The notes under the pieces are model-generated. The model worked only from the letters and a program-made list of their open reading frames with translations, did no database searches and was not told the DNA's origin. From the NCBI RefSeq assembly GCF_009914755.1, contig NC_060926.1: a stretch of 64,000 bases of DNA. One strand, written 5' to 3'. Within the stretch, counting starts at the first letter, position 1, and each line of letters begins with the position of its first letter. This document shows positions 51,996-64,000 of this stretch, in pieces. Origin of the DNA: the human T2T-CHM13v2.0 reference genome, Homo sapiens. The position numbers were made by a program, and so were the translations under genes.

Positions 51996-52059
51996 TCTGT
52001 GTTTCTGTCTCGGGTCTGTGTTTCTGTCTTGGGTCTGTGTTTCTGTCTTGGGTCTGTGT
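51996..52059. repeat. 19-bp tandem repeat TCTGTGTTTCTGTCTTGGG, ~3 copies
   Basis: Directly visible. Confidence 0.9.
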
Positions 52060-52518
52060 AGAGTCTCAGAAGGTGTCCACCACCTCCCTCCTCCCTCCTC
52101 CCTGTGTGGGCGCTGCTCCCTCCCCAGAGACTGGGCCAGCCTTGGAGACTGACTCGGTCGATGGCGAGTGGTGGGAGTGGCTGGGCAGTGACTAGGCTCC
52201 GGCCCTTTCTTCCCCTGAGACAGTCGCCCCTGCCATCTCTCGCTGCTGCCTGGCGTGCCCTACTGTCCTGTGGATGGTTTCCTTTGGGGCAGGGGCACTC
52301 GACTTGTCAGTGTCTTGTGTTTGGCCCTGGCCCAGTGATCCTGCAGGAAACCAACAAAAGCCATTTCCGTCCGGGAGACTTTTCCCTCAATGCACATCAG
52401 ATCACCTGGAGTCAGCATCCCCTGTGACTATATGAAACAGGGGGATAGAGCAAACATGTTTTCACTTAAGGGTTTTAATGAGATCCCAGCTCATTAGGTG
52501 TTAATCAGGGCTGTTTGA

Positions 52519-52873
<355 letters not shown>

Positions 52874-52894
52874 CCTTAACTCTTCCATGTCATC

Positions 52895-53065
52895 TAGAAC
52901 AGAGCTTGTGGGGCTGCAACATGCTCACATGCCCCAGGGACTGTGCTGAAATGAGAATTCTGACCCAGGAGCCATGGGGTGGGGCCTGAGGGCCTACATT
53001 TCTAACAGCCTCCCAAGTGATGCTGATGCTGCTGGTTCCTGGACCACACATGAGCAAGCTGGGAT
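52895..53065. mobile_element. MER5A/B hAT-Charlie MITE
   Basis: GGGGTGGGGCCTGAG...CATTTCTAACAGCCTCCCAAGTGATGCTGATGCTGCTGGT.C.TGGACCACAC. Confidence 0.85.
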
Positions 53066-55326
53066 CTAGATGTGCCTTTGCCCTCACGGGCAGCAGGGGT
53101 GTGAGCCGTGTGCACTTCCCGGAGAGGGGCCTGTGGAGTCACGTTCTGGCAGCACCGTCCTAGTCTTGATGAGACTGCCACTCTCCTGCCTCCTGTCTCC
53201 CATGCTTCTCACCCCTTCGAGTCGGCTCCCTTTCTTCTCTCTTCTCTCCATCCCATTAGAACCCTTGGCTCCATTGAGAGGTGCTCTCACTAAAGGACTC
53301 CTGCTGTTGACTTGAGGGTGGCCCTGGGGCCAGGCTGACCCCTCCATCCCATGGGGCAGGGAGTCATCAGAACGTCGGTCCTGGTCCCAGCTCTAGCTCC
53401 AAGTGGGAGCAGATTCCTGCTGGGCCGCCTGCTCCACGGTCTCCCAGCCTGTGCTTGTAGGGCTCCCAGGTGGGACCCTCTTACTGATCTCTCAGGGAGC
53501 TGCAACCATCCAGGGAACCACACGCCTAGAAAGACCCCATAAAGCCTCGTGCAAATGCATAACGAATTCCAAAGTCCGGCAATTAGTGGGTTCACGACAG
53601 AAGCTCCCTTCAGGTGCTAAAAGGGTAACTGTAGGCTCAGTCTGTGTCCCAGGAAGACACCCTCAGCTCAATGCCATTTAGGAGAAGAACTCTAGCCAGT
53701 CCCCTCATGACCCACCTCTTGTCAACAAAGACAGGAGCTTCTCAGCAGAGGGTGGGTCTGCACTTCCTCAGCTCCCCAAGTCCCAGGAGCTGAGCTGGGC
53801 TCAGAAGGAATGAAAGCACAGTTCCAGCTTGGCCAGGACAGGGGCTACATCTCTCAGCTCCCCTCTAAGCCCGAGAGGCCCCCTTGGAGCTCTTCTGAGG
53901 GCCTCTGAGCAGACAGCAGGGCTCATCTCTGTGGAGGTCCATGTAGGAACCTCGAGTGGAAATGGCCGTGAGGTTGTAAATAGGGCCAGAGGAGTCTGCT
54001 CAGAGCCTTCAGCTAAGCGGAGTTGGCATCCATCGCCACTTTGAACAGGAATCAAGGAATTTCTGACGTTAGGAAAAAGTGAAATGGCTTTAGAATTTGG
54101 AAACGCAGAGGCTTTTCTCAGATCTGCTGGCAGTGATACAATAATCTGGTCAGAAGTGAACTATTAACGGACATTCTCGTTAAGCAGAGAGGAATTTCCA
54201 TGTCACAGTAGAGGCACCTTCTCCCTGCCCCGTGCTGCCTTGGGTTCCAAGCGTTCAATCCCTTCTGTTCCAATGGTCTAATCTTGGCTTTCATCCCTAC
54301 ACCACCCTGCAACTAGAACACACCCGGCTTAGGGAGGGGGTTCATAGGCACTGCCTGCAAGGAGGAACAATCGTCCTCCTGCCCCACCTGGGACAGTCCA
54401 CGTGCTCCTCAGCCTCGTTTTTCCACAGAGAGAAATACTGAGCTAGACAGAGCTGTGTATGGCTCTGCTGACCAATGGGCAATGTACTTTGGTCTGCACT
54501 GAGCCTGGCCTTTCTATAAAATTAAGGGGCCAGAGCGGATGAGGTCAGGAGAGCAGAGTGAGTGCGAACGCTTCGCCTTTTGTGTTATGCCTTTGTACCT
54601 CCTTTCACGAGGACACCAACAGCAAGTTCCTGTATGACACACCTTCTCGGATGATGGCTGCAGGTCTGTCCCGTCACGGCACACACGCGGGAATCTGTAG
54701 CTGCCCCAATCCTAAAGTGTCCCGTGTTCGAGGACAGTCAGGGGCCCTTGTTATTTTCCATGTTTTGTTTCCTTGCACTCTTTTTTTTTTTTTAATCCTA
54801 GCAGCAACTTCCAAATGTGCTGCCATGAAAAGCCCTGCTCCTGCCTTTGAGCTGTGTCTAATCTACTGTGCTTCAGGAGAGCAGGTGAGCAGATGTGTGT
54901 ACTTTGTGTGTGGAGCAGAAGGAGTGGGCTTCCAGGGAGGGTCTTCAGGGCTGGCCTTCCCAGTCACATGCGGAAGTGTAGTGCGTGGGGAACCCTTTGC
55001 TTTTGCATCTTGGTTCTCGGCGGTGCTCATAGGAAAAGGTACTCCAGCGTGGCCACCTGTTTCTGTCCTGTTGTTATCAGCGCCCTTGTCTAGAGTAATG
55101 ACAGACATCCACGAATGTCACTTCTGGAAATGACCCTGAAAACCAGGCCAAACTCCGTCCCAAACACACAGACGCAGTCACACACACACCACTCAAAATT
55201 CCAAAATCAATGACACACCAAAATATATGTTACAATGGTTCTTTTGAGTGCATCGCCATGTTCTAGCCCCTTTTGCACTCCCAAGAAACCCCGAAAATAA
55301 GGCCCACAGGCCACCAGGGACAATTC

Positions 55327-55620
55327 TTTTTTTTTATTTGAGACGGAGTCTCGCTCTGTCATCCAGGCTGGAGTGCAGTGGCGTGATCTCGGCTCACTGC
55401 AAACTCCTTCTTCCGGGTTCACACCATTCTCCTGCCTCAGCCTCCTGAGCAGCTGGGACTACGGGCGCCTGCCACCACGCCTGGCTAATTTTTTGTAGTT
55501 TTAGTAGAGACGGGGTTTCACCATGTTAGCCAGGATGGTCTCGATCTCCTGACCTTGTGATCTGACCCCGTCGGCCTCCCAAAGTGCTGGGATTACAGGC
55601 GGGAGCCACCCTGCCCAGCT
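55327..55620 (-). mobile_element. AluY-like
   Basis: Y-type GGGTTCACACCATTCTCC and GTTAGCCAGGATGGTCTCGATCTCC. Confidence 0.92.
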
Positions 55621-56238
55621 CACTGGGGAAACGTCTACTGGAGGAACGTCAACCTTAGCTTTGGACATCTTGGTCACGTTTGCGCCACACGCCCTGGCTA
55701 CCCATTCTCCTGCCATGTCCATCCTTGACTGTCCAAACACGAGCTCCCCATTTTCCAGCTAAGGAGATGGAGGCAGAGAAATGTTAAGAGAAAATTGCAA
55801 ACAATTGTCAACAACTTTCTGAATGAATGTGAAGGACTCTGAATTGTTAAAACTGCCTGGGCCTGGCCTTGCTACATTGTCTCCAGGCCGTCCAGGGCCC
55901 GGGGCCACCGTCACTGCTGCATGCTCAGGCATATCTCAAGGGAAGGCCGGGCTGCCCAGAGCCCCTGCTGAGGCCAACACATCATCCCCACAGGCCCGGG
56001 TGACGGGTGCCTTCAGCTGCTGGAGGAGCCCTGCCATTCCCAGGAGGAGGGCGTCAGATCTGCCGCCGGCACACGCAGAGCACCCTTCCCAGGCACTGAT
56101 GGCACCTGCTTTCCGAGTGCCTCTCTGAACCTGTGCCCCTGAGGGAGCCCTTTAAACACAGCCTCTCCCACACTCCCCACCCCTGTCCACGGTCCTGCAC
56201 GCGCCACTCAGACTTGGCCTGAAGTCCCTTTCTCATAG

Positions 56239-56553
<315 letters not shown>

Positions 56554-57859
56554 CTTGGCCAATTTTTTAAACAGTCATCTCTCCCCTGCTGCCCCTTCCC
56601 AGGTTGGCTTCCTTCCTGGCACAGCCGTTCCTGGAATTCAGTATTAATCGTTCACTTGTTTCCACATTCCCACATACTTCCTCCATTTTTAAAGCGGGCA
56701 TGCTGAGGCCCAGAGCATTTTAAACAGCCCGGCACGAATGCAGAGGCCTCTGATTCACCCCCATTTCCCATCCTTTTCCCCACGCTGCCTCGCTGTGAGG
56801 CAGTGCTCTGTTTGGAGACTCCTAGGCTAAACCTGGAGCACAGGCCTTCTCGTCTGACCTCACTGTTATCTCCCTCTCTCAGGCAAGAGGCTGCCCGCCC
56901 GGCCTGGACCCCCGCCACCCTGCCCCCGTGTCTCAGCAGTTCTTCTGTCTTTCTGGCCCTGCCTGAGCAGTTGATGGTGACAGGGGAAGGCCCAGTCAGG
57001 TTTGCTCCCCACTGGGACCAGTGCCCCGTCCACGAGAGCCCTTGTCTGGCCACCGGGGAGAGATGGCTGCCTTCCCTGCTGGCCATCACAACCCAGCTCC
57101 TGCGTGGAAACGTGTTCCACAAAGGCTGAGAGAGTCTTGCTGCTTATTTTCCCCTGTAGTGCCTCTGAAGTGTCATTACTCTTACACTTGTTTACACAAG
57201 GCACCTCTCTCAGACGTGCCAGTCAGGGTTGTTGAGGGGGCTCTGGCCATTTTCAGACCATGAAGGGCCCTGAAATCCAAGCTGATCCTCACCAATGAGA
57301 ACTGTAAAGGCCTAAGATCGCAGCAGAAAGAGAACATTTGGCAAGCCGGTGTTAAAATTCTCAAAACAAACTTACGTATTAGTTAATGCAGCCTGTCACC
57401 ATAACGACTAAACAGCACAAAAACAAACCATGAGCACACAGATTTATTACTGTGCAAGGTTTAGCTGATATCATTCCAGAGGTATATTTTCCACTTTCAG
57501 TTATAATAAAACAATCTTTTTAAACTAATTTAAAATTCAGCACGAGAGCACGATCAGGCGCACATCTCCACACACACAAGCTGAGGCCACAAGTGCATGA
57601 AGCCCGCATGTCTGCCTGCGGCTCCGTGACGTGGACCCAATGCCGTCATCCATGCACACACAGGCTCGCGGGAGGCAGAATCACAGGCACGGGCTGCGGC
57701 TCAGCCTGGCAGGCAGAAGGCTTTCAAGGAGCCCTGTCAGGGGTCAGCTCAGGTGCGTGGTGGGCTCAGGTGTGTCCGCTACACAAGCGTGTCCGCTGCA
57801 CAGTCGTGTCCACTGCAGCTGGCCTCCCTCCTGGCATGGGAGGTGCTGGTTGTGGCCAA

Positions 57860-57995
57860 CAGTCTTGGCTTTAAATCAAGTCTTAGACTGGAAGCTACCA
57901 TGAGCAAACACCACCACCTTTCTGAATCTCAGCTTTGTCATCTATAAAATCAGGAAGACAATAGAATCCACATACATCTGGAGTGCCTCATGGCC
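57860..57995 (+). mobile_element. MIR
   Basis: CCTTTCTGAATCTCAGCTTTGTCATCTATAAAAT. Confidence 0.6.
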
Positions 57996-58228
57996 CTCCA
58001 GAAAATAACAGCTCTGGAATGGTGTGAGGCAAACCTTGCACTGTAATACAGTCGTGTGCTAATGGTTGGTTTTGTGCTGTCTGAACACTGCCTTTCCTTA
58101 CAACACAGACAGACAACCCCCACCATGGCAACATCCAAAGAGCTGAGTATTTACTACTCCCCAGAGGGGTGCCAATTGGGGGCTGCGCTCCCAAATCAAA
58201 ACAACTTCTTCCTTTCCATTATCTGGAT

Positions 58229-58445
58229 CAGGGGAGACGTTTATTTTCTGTGAAGAGGCAGACAGGAAACACTTTAGGCTTTCTGGGCAACACAGCGTCG
58301 GTGGGACAACTCACCTCACTGATTCCAGGGCAGTGGGAAAGCAGTCACAGACAACATACAAATGGTGGGAGGACTGTGTGCCAATAAAACTTTATTTTAA
58401 AAAGTCAGCCAGATTCAGCCCCAGGTGATCCTCTGCCAACCCCTG
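58229..58445 (+). mobile_element. MER58A hAT-Charlie MITE
   Basis: CAGGGG...CCCCTG termini; CTGTGTGCCAATAAAACTTTATT; perfect 8-bp TSD ATCTGGAT. Confidence 0.92.
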
Positions 58446-58493
58446 ATCTGGATCACACAATAACAACCAGAGAGGGCGCAGGGAGCACACAGA

Positions 58494-59436
58494 GGGAGGA
58501 CTGGACGCGTGCATGTTTACATTCTCGAGGGGGGACTGGGACATGTGCATGTTTGCATTCTCGAGGGGGGACTGGGACATGCATGTTTACATTCTCGAGG
58601 GGGAACTGGGATGCGTGCATGTTTACATTCTCGAGAGGGAACTGGGACGTGTGCATGTTTACATTCTCGAGGGAGGAACTGGGATGCGTGCATGTTTACA
58701 TTCTCGAGGGGGAACTGGGACGTGTGCATGTTTACATTCTCGAGGGGGGACTGGGACATGCATGTTTACATTCTCGAGAGGGAACTGGGACGTGTGCATG
58801 TTTACATTCTCGAGGGAGGAACTGGGATGCGTGCATGTTTGCATTCTCGAGGGGGAACTGGGACACGTGCATGTTTACATTCTTGAGGGGGGACTGGGAT
58901 GCATTTATGTTTGCATTCTTGAGAGAGAACTGGGACGCATGCATGTTTACATTCTCGAGGGAGGAACTGGGACGTGTGCATGTTTGCATTTTTGAGGGAG
59001 GAACTGGGACGCGTGCATGTTTGCATTCTCGAGGGAGGAACTGGGACGCGTGCATGTTTGCATTCTCGAGGGAGGAACTGGGACGCGTGCATGTTTGCAT
59101 TCTCGAGGGAGGAACTGGGACGCGTGCATGTTTGCATTCTCGAGTGAGGAACTGGGACGCGTGCATGTTTGCATTCTCGAGGGAGGAACTGGGACGCGTG
59201 CATGTTTGCATTCTCGAGGGAGGAACTGGGACGCGTGCATGTTTGCATTCTCGAGGGAGGAACTGGGACGCGTGCATGTTTGCATTCTCAAGGGAGGACT
59301 GGGATGCGTGCATGTTTGCATTCTCGAGGGAGGACTGGGATGCATTTATGTTTGCATTCTTGAGAGAGAACTGGGACGTGTGCATGTTTACATTCTTGTG
59401 GGGGGACTGAGACATGTGCATGTTTGCATTCTCGAG
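58494..59436. repeat. Minisatellite, 34-37-bp unit GAGGGAGGAACTGGGACGCGTGCATGTTT(G/A)CATTCTC, ~26 copies
   Basis: Directly visible. Confidence 0.98.
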
Positions 59437-60502
59437 GCACCTAGTGCATGAGACTTGTCTTGCCTGAGGCCTGGGAGGACTACCGAGACCACCTCTGAGG
59501 AAGTGCTTCATGATGAAATGGAGATGCACACATGTCATGCACCATTAATATTAGCAGCAAAACTCGGGCTACCCCCACAGAGAGAGATTGCATATCCTAG
59601 CAGCAATGTGACAGATGATAAGCAGACAGAGATGCTGCACCCAACATCCCTTAGAGGTGATAAGGCCTCCATTTGCCACATTAAACAACTTGTCACATTG
59701 AACTGAAGACACCAAGAGGGCCGGCTTCAGGGACATGAGAACGGGCACGATCAGAACCTTCCGCAGGAGTCCAGGCAACTTTCCCAGGGCCTGCCTCTGT
59801 GCCCACTGATGCCAGGACCACACACGGGCTCTCTGCACTCCCATGGCTTCTCCCCGGTTTCTGAAGGTCCCTTGGTGACCAGCACCACTGACCAACGAGG
59901 ATATCTAATCTACTAAAGCCGTGTGTTCAGGAGCCCTGCCGTCCCACTAATGTGGATATGATGCGATTGGTGACTGGCTTAAGCTTTTATGCTAGGTAAA
60001 GAGGTGGGTGAGGCCAGACATTGAGAAGGGTCAGCCCTGTCCTGGGGAGTGGAGAGGCCCAAGGGGGCCTTGGATCTCCAGAGCTGTCTCACAGCAAGCC
60101 CCAGATCTGGCTGGTGAGAAGTGGAGTCAGTGCACTCAGGGGTGTCTGCCATCCACATCGCCAGCATGGGGTCCAGGCCATGTGGGACTCATCATCCCAG
60201 GGACATCTAAGCCCCCGTGGCTGGTCACCACCAGCTGGTGCCCGAGGTGGCTGAGCTGATGGACTCAGGATCAGAGAGCTTCATAGGCTTGTCCTGGTCC
60301 TTTTCTTCCCCTTTGTGGTATTTTTCTCATCACTAGGTAGGTACTATGCTGCATTTCCTGTTCTAAACCCTTGAGTGGGTTGTTTCCTCATCCTGACCAC
60401 TGTACTAGATGCCAACCAGCCCAGGTCCCTCTTAAGGGAAACTCCAAGCTTCTGCCCACGGTTCTGTCCCTGCCCTCCTGGGATCCCAGCCCTGGCTATT
60501 AG

Positions 60503-62115
60503 CCTGGACCTCATCTGATCATTCACCGGCATGCTGACCTGAGCCCCATCTGATCACTGTCCGGCATGCTGACCTGGGCCCCATCTGATCACTGTCCGGC
60601 ATGCTGACCTGAGCCCCATCTGATCACTGTCCGGCATGCTGACCTGGGCCCCATCTGATCACTGTCCGGCATGCTGACCTGGGCCCCATCTGATCACTGT
60701 CCGGCATGCTGACCTGGGCCCCATCTGATCACTGTCCGGCATGCTGACCTGAGCCCCATCTGATCACTGTCCGGCATGCTGACCTGGGCCCCATCTGATC
60801 ACTGTCCGGCATGCTGACCTGAGCCCCATCTGATCACTGTCTGGCATGCTGATCTGGGCCCCATCTGATGACTGTCTGGCATGCTGACCTGAGCCCCATC
60901 TGATCATTGGCCAGCATGCTAACCTGGGCCCCATCTGATCACTGTCTGGCATGCTGACCTGGGCCCCATCTGATCACTGTCCGGCATGCTGACCTGAGCC
61001 CCATCTGATCACTGTCTGGCATGCTGACCTGGGCCCCATCTGATCACTGTCCGGCATGCTGACCTGAGCCCCATCTGATCACTGTCTGGCATGCTGACCT
61101 GGGCCCCATCTGATCACTGTCCGGCATGCTGACCTGAGCCCCATCTGATCACTGTCTGGCATGCTGACCTGGGCCCCATCTGATCACTGTCCGGCATGCT
61201 GACCTGGGCCCCATCTGATCACTGTCTGGCATGCTGACCTGGGCCCCATCTGATCACTGTCCGGCATGCTGACCTGGGCCCCATCTGATCACTGTCCGGC
61301 ATGCTGACCTGAGCCCCATCTGATCACTGTCTGGCATGCTGACCTGGGCCCCATCTGATCACTGTCCGGCATGCTGACCTGGGCCCCATCTGATCACTGT
61401 CCGGCATGCTGACCTGAGCCCCATCTGATCACTGTCTGGCATGCTGACCTGGGCCCCATCTGATGACTGTCTGGCATGCTGACCTGAGCCCCATCTGATC
61501 ATTGGCCAGCACGCTAACCTGGGCCCCATCTGATCACTGTCTGGCATGCTGACCTGGGCCCCATCTGATCACTGTCCGGCATGCTGACCTGAGCCCCATC
61601 TGATCACTGTCTGGCATGCTGACCTGGGCCCCATCTGATCACTGTCCGGCATGCTGACCTGAGCCCCATCTGATCACTGTCTGGCATGCTGACCTGGGCC
61701 CCATCTGATCACTGTCCGGCATGCTGACCTGAGCCCCATCTGATCACTGTCTGGCATGCTGACCTGGGCCCCATCTGATCACTGTCCGGCATGCTGACCT
61801 GGGCCCCATCTGATCACTGTCCGGCATGCTGACCTGGGCCCCATCTGATCACTGTCCGGCATGCTGACCTGAGCCCCATCTGATCACTGTCTGGCATGCT
61901 GACCTGGGCCCCATCTGATCACTGTCCGGCATGCTGACCTGAGCCCCATCTGATCACTGTCTGGCATGCTGACCTGGGCCCCATCTGATGACTGTCTGGC
62001 ATGCTGACCTGAGCCCCATCTGATCATTGGCCAGCACGCTAACCTGGGCCCCATCTGATCATTGACTGGCACGCTGACCTGGACCTCATCTATCATTCAC
62101 CAGCACACTGACCTG
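60503..62115. repeat. Minisatellite, 35-bp unit CTGACCTG(G/A)GCCCCATCTGATCACTGTC(C/T)GGCATG, ~46 copies
   Basis: Directly visible, period 35. Confidence 0.98.
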
Positions 62116-64000
62116 AACCCTAAATCCCTCGGGCCCTTGACCTCTCATCACATCCCTCCTGCCAGGACCCAGCCCAGAGAGCATCTGGCCATCTGATTTC
62201 TCTTTTACTCCTGGTTGGCTAAATGAAGCTAATGAAAAAGTCACATAAATGGCACCAAAGCAAAAGCATGATGTCCAGCCTTGCTGGCCCCTCCTAGCCC
62301 GAGGCCCCAGCCCTGTCCGCTCAGGGGTGCTCTGGCCTGCTGCAGCGAACATGAAAACATGGAACCTGCCTAAGGGGTGAAAGCTCCTTCTCTTCCCTTC
62401 CCGTCCTGTCCCGCCTCAGACCAAGCACCGGCCTCTGCCTCCTGTATCCAGGGCCTTTCTCTACCCACCCGGCATCTGCCGCCCACTGTTGGGTCTTGGC
62501 CTCCCTCCTACAGCTTCCCCCAGCCCTCAGGCACCTTCACAACCATCCAGGGCAGCTGGGCTCCTCGCAGGATGCCCACACTGCCCATCCAGGGCAGGCA
62601 AGCTGGGCCCCCCATGGGAAGAGCAGGGAGCTCCTGGCTTTGCCCTGGATCCTGGGAAGTGTTGCTACGATCATGGCCCACACAAAGCTCCATTGTTCCC
62701 CCAAACAGTAGCAATCAGAGTTCCGGCCAAGTTGGACGCGTAACAGAGGGCACCCATGCTGCAGAGATCTCCATAGATCCTTTCTCCGTTCCCCACCAAG
62801 CCACACTCTCGCTGTCCCTCCAACCCCACCAGTTCCTCCTCCCCATCCTTGATTCCCTTCAGGACTAACCCTGGGGGTTCTGCCCGGCTGGGCTCCTCCC
62901 CTGTGGCAGGAACCCCAGGCTCAGTCTAGGGGAGCTGCCCCTTCTCAGAGGTGGAGGCTTTTCTGGCACGTCACTCAGCGGATGCATCTGTGGGAAGGGC
63001 CAGTCCTTTGCCTCCGCCACCTTGAGACGTGGCCCTGGCTCCTCTGGAGATGACGATTCAATCAGAAAAAGTACTTCAGCTCCAGTAAGGTGCTGGGATC
63101 GGCTCAGGGGGCCCCATGGGTCCTCAAATCCCAGCGAGGGCATGCTCTGCAAGCTGATGACACACCCTGCACTGACCACAGTATCCGGCACATGGTATAA
63201 GTCATGAACCCTGGCCAAGGAGGCATCAAACAGCACAGAACACGGTGAGCAGTCAGTGCTTCCTTCCAGCACCTCCAGGAAGGACAGCCCAGGCCTCCAG
63301 AAACGTGTGTGCGGCCTTGAGATGGGAGAGCACTGAGGGGACCTCGGGGGAGGCCCGGCAGAGGACACAGCTGCCTGCAGGAAGGCCTTAAAGCTCAGAA
63401 GGCCACCCGAGAGGGGCTGTGACTTTCCCATAAGGGAACAAGTGTCCAGCGGGGTGGGTGATGCTGTCACCTCCCAGTCACAGCTCTCCAGGACATTCCA
63501 GAATTGACAACCAGTGCACCCTACAGTCTGTATCCAGCAGACATCAGCCCACCCCTGCCCAGGGCCATCGGCTGCCATAAATGGGGCCTCTGTCTTGAAT
63601 ATGTGGGTTCCTGGGTCACCCAGCATTGTGTAAGGAAGGTGTCTCTCAAGATGAGGAGTGGAGGGGGCACAGCTGCTTCTGTGGCTGGACTCTGGTCTTG
63701 CACACCAAGGCTCTGTTTCTTCATCTGCAAACAAGGACAATTTGCCCTGAGCCCCTTCCATGTTGGCTGGTGAAGCCACCGCCCAGGTCTGGTGGGAGTC
63801 CCCAGGGAGGGAGTGGTCCTTCAGCAGTGCCAGGCAGGGGTGCCCAGGGTCTGCAGGGGCAAAGGGGTGGAATTCAGAGTCCAAGAGACAGATGTGCTTG
63901 GAGGAGAGGGGGCCGTCTTCCAGGAACCTGGAGGGAAAGGAGGAGAGGCTCTGTCTGGGGACAGTGGCCGAGTGTCAGAGCCTCTTTTTGAACCTCAGAA

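Noticed and set aside
58509-59538. Long ORFs (up to 285 aa) with repeating peptides
   Set aside because: Translations of the minisatellite, open in several frames on both strands; no gene structure
60503-62115. CRISPR-like regular 35-bp repeat
   Set aside because: Units are head-to-tail with no unique spacers, no cas genes, and the context is primate DNA
62865-63884. 339-aa minus-strand ORF
   Set aside because: No recognisable domain, composition typical of GC-rich non-coding DNA, overlaps a MIR-like stretch near 63700

Overview
Hominid (human-like) nuclear genomic DNA. Evidence: AluJ/S/Y copies, a 5'-truncated SVA, and LTR12, THE1, MST, MLT, L1, L2, MIR and MER elements. I recognise no protein-coding exon, rRNA, tRNA or CRISPR array; the ORF track is explained by GC-rich non-coding DNA, repeats and minisatellites. 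The window reads as intergenic or deep-intronic, GC-rich and repeat-dense, and I cannot name the locus. Beyond routine repeats, the notable structures are: a near-perfect 61-bp-arm hairpin (1533-1673); a ~255-bp inverted repeat pair (13331-14198) much more alike than its ancient MER103-like origin predicts; a BLACKJACK-like hAT transposase fossil traceable across a nest of younger insertions (~24.9-30.3 kb); an LTR12F-like promoter followed by clustered splice donors; and four minisatellites, two born inside older repeats and two large motif-dense arrays, one with a higher-order repeat. Subfamily names come from recalled consensus sequences and need RepeatMasker/Dfam confirmation; boundaries of old elements are approximate.
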